Virus record (IMG/VR): IMGVR_UViG_3300018481_000002
Location: 23,199 to 87,198 of that record
Direction: 5' to 3' (one strand)
Length of the DNA: 64,000 bases
Source: a virus
Lineage: Duplodnaviria; Heunggongvirae; Uroviricota; Caudoviricetes
Below, piece by piece: positions 60,289 through 64,000 of this stretch (position 1 is the first letter of the stretch; each line of letters opens with the position of its first letter). The notes under the pieces are model-generated. The model saw only the letters and a list, made by a program, of their open reading frames with translations. It ran no database searches and was not told where the DNA came from. The position numbers were made by a program, and so were the translations under genes.

Positions 60289-60591
60289 AAGCCTGTGTGG
60301 CGTCACGACTGGATGGGCTGGTCGGGAGGCTGGTACGCCCTAGAGAGCGGTGGTTGGGAACTGACCATTCTGGGCATCAGGAACTACTCGTACTCAGCCA
60401 CGGTTACTACTCCGCTGACCGGCGACCTCACTGTGGGGGTGAGGTTGTCGGAGGCGAGGGCCAGCATCTACCGACATCCTCGGGAGAAGGATTCGTGGCT
60501 CGTCTTCCACTGGCGCTCCTGGACGGAGCTTCAGGAGGCTGAGGCTGAGGTCAAGGCTCGGAACGAGGCTCGGGCGGTCGGTTTCGCATAG
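60283..60591 (+). CDS. hypothetical Trp-rich protein (102 aa)
   Basis: ORF track; GTG in GTGA overlap. Confidence 0.5.
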   Translation: MRKPVWRHDWMGWSGGWYALESGGWELTILGIRNYSYSATVTTPLTGDLTVGVRLSEARASIYRHPREKDSWLVFHWRSWTELQEAEAEVKARNEARAVGFA

Positions 60592-60610
60592 TGGCCCAAC
60601 TTCTGGGCCA
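60592..60610 (+). terminator. hairpin TGGCCCA-acttc-TGGGCCA immediately after stop
   Basis: seen directly. Confidence 0.35.
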
Positions 60611-60616
60611 GAACTC

Positions 60617-60645
60617 TTGCCGAGTCACATCATCGTATGTATATT
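60617..60645 (+). promoter_or_regulatory. sigma70-like promoter TTGCCG-N17-TATATT driving leaderless ATG at 60652
   Basis: hexamers 4/6 and 5/6, 17-nt spacer; ATG 7 nt after -10; no SD. Confidence 0.4.
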
Positions 60646-60651
60646 CGAGGC

Positions 60652-60867
60652 ATGGAAACTCCAGATCCGGTCGAGGTGACCACTCGCTACGCGACTTCCG
60701 TAGACGACCTCCCCTCCGCCTGGGCATTCGTCATGGAGAAGATCGACCACGTAGGACCCGCCCCATCCATCGAGATCCAACCGTACTGGGAACTTGAAGA
60801 CGACAGTCGTCGCTTCAGTGTCGTCGTCAGCGGCACCATCGAGGACGGTCACGATGCGCAGAACTAG
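60652..60867 (+). CDS. hypothetical acidic protein (71 aa), probably leaderless
   Basis: ORF 60637..60867; second ATG fits promoter geometry. Confidence 0.5.
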   Translation: METPDPVEVTTRYATSVDDLPSAWAFVMEKIDHVGPAPSIEIQPYWELEDDSRRFSVVVSGTIEDGHDAQN

Positions 60868-61384
60868 CGCCCGCCGCCGCTCCTCCTCGCTCGCGAAGAA
60901 CCGACCCTTCGTCCCCGCACAGGCCAAGAAGAAGATCCCTGACGACGGGCAGATCCGCATCGGCCACGGTCAGCAGGGCATCGCCATCTGCCCCAAGTGC
61001 CGCGCCTGGGTGAGCCTGCGGAAACTGAACCGAGGCACCGACCCCGAGTGGGTCCCCGCTGGCTCCGTTGTCATGTCCAACCACGCTGTCGGCGGAGGCA
61101 AGGTCTCCTGGAAACGTGGAGACGTGCTCTGCCTCGGTGCGGGCACCCCGCCAGAGATGGCTCCCATCACCGAGTTCGAGGAACTCGACGAGACCCCTGC
61201 TAAGGCCAAACCCACCAAGGGTGGCGGTAACCGGGGTTGCCACTGCCAGACCCCCGAGTTCGGACTGCCTGGGCAGGAGTGGATCTGCGGTTGTGGGGCC
61301 AAGTGGTCTGCGTTTCAGCCGTCCGTCCGAAAGTTCGTGCCTATCCAGTGGGAGCGAGTCCACAGAGCCGGAGAGAGGTACTAG
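60854..61384 (+). CDS. zinc-binding protein (176 aa; CPKC..CHC..CGCG)
   Basis: ORF 60794..61384 trimmed to ATG after previous stop. Confidence 0.6.
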   Translation: MRRTSARRRSSSLAKNRPFVPAQAKKKIPDDGQIRIGHGQQGIAICPKCRAWVSLRKLNRGTDPEWVPAGSVVMSNHAVGGGKVSWKRGDVLCLGAGTPPEMAPITEFEELDETPAKAKPTKGGGNRGCHCQTPEFGLPGQEWICGCGAKWSAFQPSVRKFVPIQWERVHRAGERY

Positions 61385-61734
61385 TGGCTAGGAACTACAG
61401 GCCGAAGAAGAAGCGGAAGTTGGACCATTCGCACGAACACGACTGGCGCATCGTCATGATCGGCAAGCAGCCCATCGGTGTCGAATGTGTCTTCTGTGAA
61501 GCGACCTTCCCGGTTGCCGACCCGGACCAGCGGGTGGACGTCTCCCCAGGAGCACGTGTCCCGATCCTCATCAACGGAGGCGGAGGGAACCAGTACAACG
61601 CTGACTTGGTCGTGGACACCGTGGAGATGTCAGCGTCGCAGGGTCAAGCCCAGGTAAACCTCAGCCTCCGCATGGAGGTCGACTTCGAAGAGCTTGGAGT
61701 CGGAGTCAGTGCACCGACAGGAGTTGTGTTGTGA
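61384..61734 (+). CDS. hypothetical protein (116 aa) with KKKRK tract
   Basis: GTG after TAG; frame of ORF 61237..61734. Confidence 0.5.
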   Translation: MARNYRPKKKRKLDHSHEHDWRIVMIGKQPIGVECVFCEATFPVADPDQRVDVSPGARVPILINGGGGNQYNADLVVDTVEMSASQGQAQVNLSLRMEVDFEELGVGVSAPTGVVL

Positions 61735-62000
61735 CGTGTGGAACTAACGGTGGCTACCAACAGCACCGCAAACACGGCGAGGAAGCCTGTCAGCCCTGCA
61801 AGGACGCGAACGCCGCCTACGTGAAGGAATGGCGGTCTCGTAGTGGCCCAGCCCAGGAGTACGCACGCAGGTACGCCCTGGCGAAGAACCGGGCTACCCA
61901 GAGGTTGCTGGTGCAGCACGCCAGTGACTTCGAGATGTTCTTGTACGAGGAGTTGAGGCTGCTGGATCGAGAAGCCACTGCCGAGAGGAGAAAAGCATGA
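61731..62000 (+). CDS. Cys4 small protein (CGTNGGYQQHRKHGEEACQPCKDANAAYVKEWR)
   Basis: ORF track; GTGA overlap. Confidence 0.5.
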   Translation: MTCGTNGGYQQHRKHGEEACQPCKDANAAYVKEWRSRSGPAQEYARRYALAKNRATQRLLVQHASDFEMFLYEELRLLDREATAERRKA

Positions 62001-62173
62001 GTAGGACACCGTATGTGGAGACCGAGTTCCTTCTGGCTGTCATGGAGGAACGCGTCGAAGACGCACTGAAGATCGCCAGAGCCATGCTGCCCGCTGAGCG
62101 CTCCGCTCTGCGTGGACAGTTCCAGCAGGGAACCGACCTGCTGTGGGCTTCCTACGACGAAGAGGCATCCTGA
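61997..62173 (+). CDS. hypothetical small protein (58 aa)
   Basis: ATGA coupling. Confidence 0.5.
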   Translation: MSRTPYVETEFLLAVMEERVEDALKIARAMLPAERSALRGQFQQGTDLLWASYDEEAS

Positions 62174-62484
62174 TGGCTCGACGGAACCGTTTCAAGGTCG
62201 TCAACTCCGACGTCAACGCGTTCAACTTGACCGACCGAGAGCGTGAACTCTGCATGGAGTTCACCGAGTACATGTACCAGCAGGTCCAGAACTTGGCCTG
62301 GTTCTACGGCGGCACTGAGAACATCGCGTTGGCTCTCGAACAGACCCACCACTCCGCCCTGAAGTTGCTTCGAGGTACCAACGCAACCAGCACCATCTTG
62401 GAGGTCGAGAAGTTTCGGCCGGGTGTCGAAATCGACCCTGATGACGAGGAGTACGTCCTCCGGAGCCTGGGTGTCACTGCATGA
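62173..62484 (+). CDS. small protein with ..DDEEYVLRSLGVTA tail (plus-strand member of tail-motif family)
   Basis: ORF 62143..62484 trimmed to MARRNRFKV. Confidence 0.55.
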   Translation: MARRNRFKVVNSDVNAFNLTDRERELCMEFTEYMYQQVQNLAWFYGGTENIALALEQTHHSALKLLRGTNATSTILEVEKFRPGVEIDPDDEEYVLRSLGVTA

Positions 62485-62777
62485 GCACCTACGACACCTT
62501 CGCGAAACAGCTGGATCCCACACCGAAGGTCCGCTCGGTGTCAGGACCCTTCGGGGAAGAGTCTTTGAAGACTGTGGCTGAAGCGTTGGCCTTCTGCGAG
62601 CGTGAAGGACTGGACCCGAACGAGGTTCGACTGGCCCACAACTACTGCCTGTGGGAGCGCGAGGAGACGCCCGAGGAGGTCGAATCGCGGATCGCCCACA
62701 CCAAGAGGATCCAGCAGGACCACGTTGAACGGATCGCTGAGATGCACGCTGATTACGTCGAACGGGGCCTGCTGTGA
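62481..62777 (+). CDS. hypothetical protein (98 aa)
   Basis: ORF track; ATGA coupling. Confidence 0.6.
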   Translation: MSTYDTFAKQLDPTPKVRSVSGPFGEESLKTVAEALAFCEREGLDPNEVRLAHNYCLWEREETPEEVESRIAHTKRIQQDHVERIAEMHADYVERGLL

Positions 62778-62808
62778 AAGAGGCGATCAAAAGTTCCGAT
62801 TGACATGC

Positions 62809-63624
62809 ATGCCCACCAGAGATCTGACGGTCATCCGGGTCGGCACCGACACGTCGGGCCGTGGCCTCTACATGACCAAGTGGATGTTCCTCATCTACAC
62901 CGCCGCCAAGCGGCACCCTCTGATCCAGCCCTTCGCCCACAAGATCGTCGTCGTGCAGGGCGCGTTCATGATCAGGAACGGCGGAGGGGCCTCAGCATCC
63001 GAGGGGTTCCACAACTACGCCGGATGTATCGACATCAGGACCTGGAACCTCACCACCACCGAACTGAACCTCTGGATCCGTGTCACCAGGATGCTCGGGT
63101 TCGCTTTCTGGCGCAGAGACTGGTCCTGGCAGCACGGAGGGATGTCTCCTCACGCGCACGGCACCCTTGGGAGCGACGCCCCGCTCGGCAGCGGTGCAGC
63201 GGTCTCATGGCGCTCCTACTTGACCGGAGGGGATGGCCTCTCCGGTCCTGGGCGGGACTACGAGTGGCGTCCCTCCCCGCTGGTGACCTGGCCACCGACT
63301 AACCTTCTGGAAGAGGACTATCTGATGACTGACGCTGCTGAGCGAAAGCTCGACCGGACGATCGACATCGTCCTGGACATCCGCAAGGACTTGAACGCGT
63401 TCCGGACTGCTGAGTACCAGCGGGACAAGGAAGCCGCCAAGAAGGCGAAGGAGTCGAAGGCGAAGTTGGTTTCCGCCATCGGAGGCGTGATCGACGCGCT
63501 CTCTCAGGTGGAGAACCAGGTCCAGGACACGGCGGGTCGGCAGCAGTTGAACCAGGTGAAGGCTCAGCTTCTGGACGCCCTCAAGAACGACCCGGACGTG
63601 GACGGCGCTGATAACCCCGCTTGA
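62809..63624 (+). CDS. putative M15-like zinc peptidase (VanY / L-Ala-D-Glu peptidase-like) with C-terminal coiled coil
   Basis: EGFHNYAGCIDIR (HxxxxxxD) and WQHGGMSPHAHG resemble peptidase M15 metal ligands; start uncertain. Confidence 0.5.
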   Translation: MPTRDLTVIRVGTDTSGRGLYMTKWMFLIYTAAKRHPLIQPFAHKIVVVQGAFMIRNGGGASASEGFHNYAGCIDIRTWNLTTTELNLWIRVTRMLGFAFWRRDWSWQHGGMSPHAHGTLGSDAPLGSGAAVSWRSYLTGGDGLSGPGRDYEWRPSPLVTWPPTNLLEEDYLMTDAAERKLDRTIDIVLDIRKDLNAFRTAEYQRDKEAAKKAKESKAKLVSAIGGVIDALSQVENQVQDTAGRQQLNQVKAQLLDALKNDPDVDGADNPA

Positions 63625-63686
63625 TTTTTGCTACCCGTGGGTAGATCATATGTACGAGGGCCCCGGAGCCCAGGTAGGAGCACACC

Positions 63687-64000
63687 TTGAAGTACGAGGA
63701 GCGTCGCTGGACGCACGATGAGCCTGACTGGAAGAAGAAGACCCGCCGCCAGCCTGTGGCAGGTCCGTGGGATGCCGAGCCCGACAAGATCCAGTGGGTC
63801 GACCCTGCTACGGATCTTGACTGTTTGATGGTCCGCAACGGCATGGGCTACTGGTGCGGGTATGTGGGGGTCGACAAGAGTCACCTCTTCCACGGTGTCG
63901 ACTACGACAGCTGTCCCTACGGGAACACCTGTTCTGTGCGCGCTGCCTCCACCGACTGGTGGGCAGACTGCGACCACACGCCGAACTCCAAGGTTTCCGT
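63687..64000 (+). CDS. hypothetical protein, 3'-truncated at window edge
   Basis: TTG after AGGAG RBS; LKYEERRWTHDEPDWKKK... open to end of window. Confidence 0.45.
   Translation, partial: MKYEERRWTHDEPDWKKKTRRQPVAGPWDAEPDKIQWVDPATDLDCLMVRNGMGYWCGYVGVDKSHLFHGVDYDSCPYGNTCSVRAASTDWWADCDHTPNSKVS

Overview
High-GC (about 65-70 percent), very gene-dense segment that reads as an actinobacteriophage (Streptomyces/Mycobacterium-type) genome.

Layout. Positions 1-53.6 kb are one long leftward (minus-strand) block of about 150 mostly small genes. Neighbouring genes are joined by ATGA/GTGA/TGATG stop-start overlaps, so translational coupling is the rule. A 1.6 kb non-canonical region (53.6-55.25 kb) marks the strand switch. 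A rightward block runs from 55.25 kb to the window end.

Recognisable products (motifs read directly from the translations):
- ATP-dependent DNA ligase (KLDGHR, WTKLK)
- Ku homolog
- WGR-domain protein
- MoxR-type AAA+ ATPase with a separately encoded vWA/MIDAS protein
- a second P-loop ATPase
- SLOG/DUF2493 protein
- class I SAM methyltransferase
- GH16 glycoside hydrolase (EIDVAEF)
- M15-like zinc peptidase
- one tRNA (GGTTCGAATCC T-loop)
- lipoproteins and several small membrane proteins

Main unexplained signals:
1. A family of about 30 small proteins sharing a 13-aa motif, usually at the C-terminus: [PS]-x-[ST]-D-E-E-[VIM]-x-x-[AL]-[IVY]-x-S-[IL]-[KQRG]. Variants are ...EEVAEAIASIKK, ...TDEEVKELFGLA and ...EDMAYLYKSLGV. 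Many members also carry an N-terminal GDxVxVTGD barrel-like signature. The main cluster is at 1.6-13.8 kb; other copies are scattered.
2. A conserved 40-bp intergenic element present five times.
3. Recurrent CGGAC-N4-GTCCG palindromes, each followed by a terminator-like hairpin, a TCTGCACA box and a ribosome-binding site, at 49-51.4 kb and elsewhere.
4. ACGCGT-rich iteron-like repeats with a perfect 10-bp inverted repeat at 33.95-34.14 kb, plus a second copy at 20.8 kb.
5. Five arrays of degenerate pentanucleotide repeats (GGCNN, 5/10-bp phasing) filling the strand-switch region, interleaved with small Cys-rich ORFs.

No CRISPR array, integrase, transposase or rRNA was seen. Everything was read by eye from the sequence and ORF track; no searches were run.
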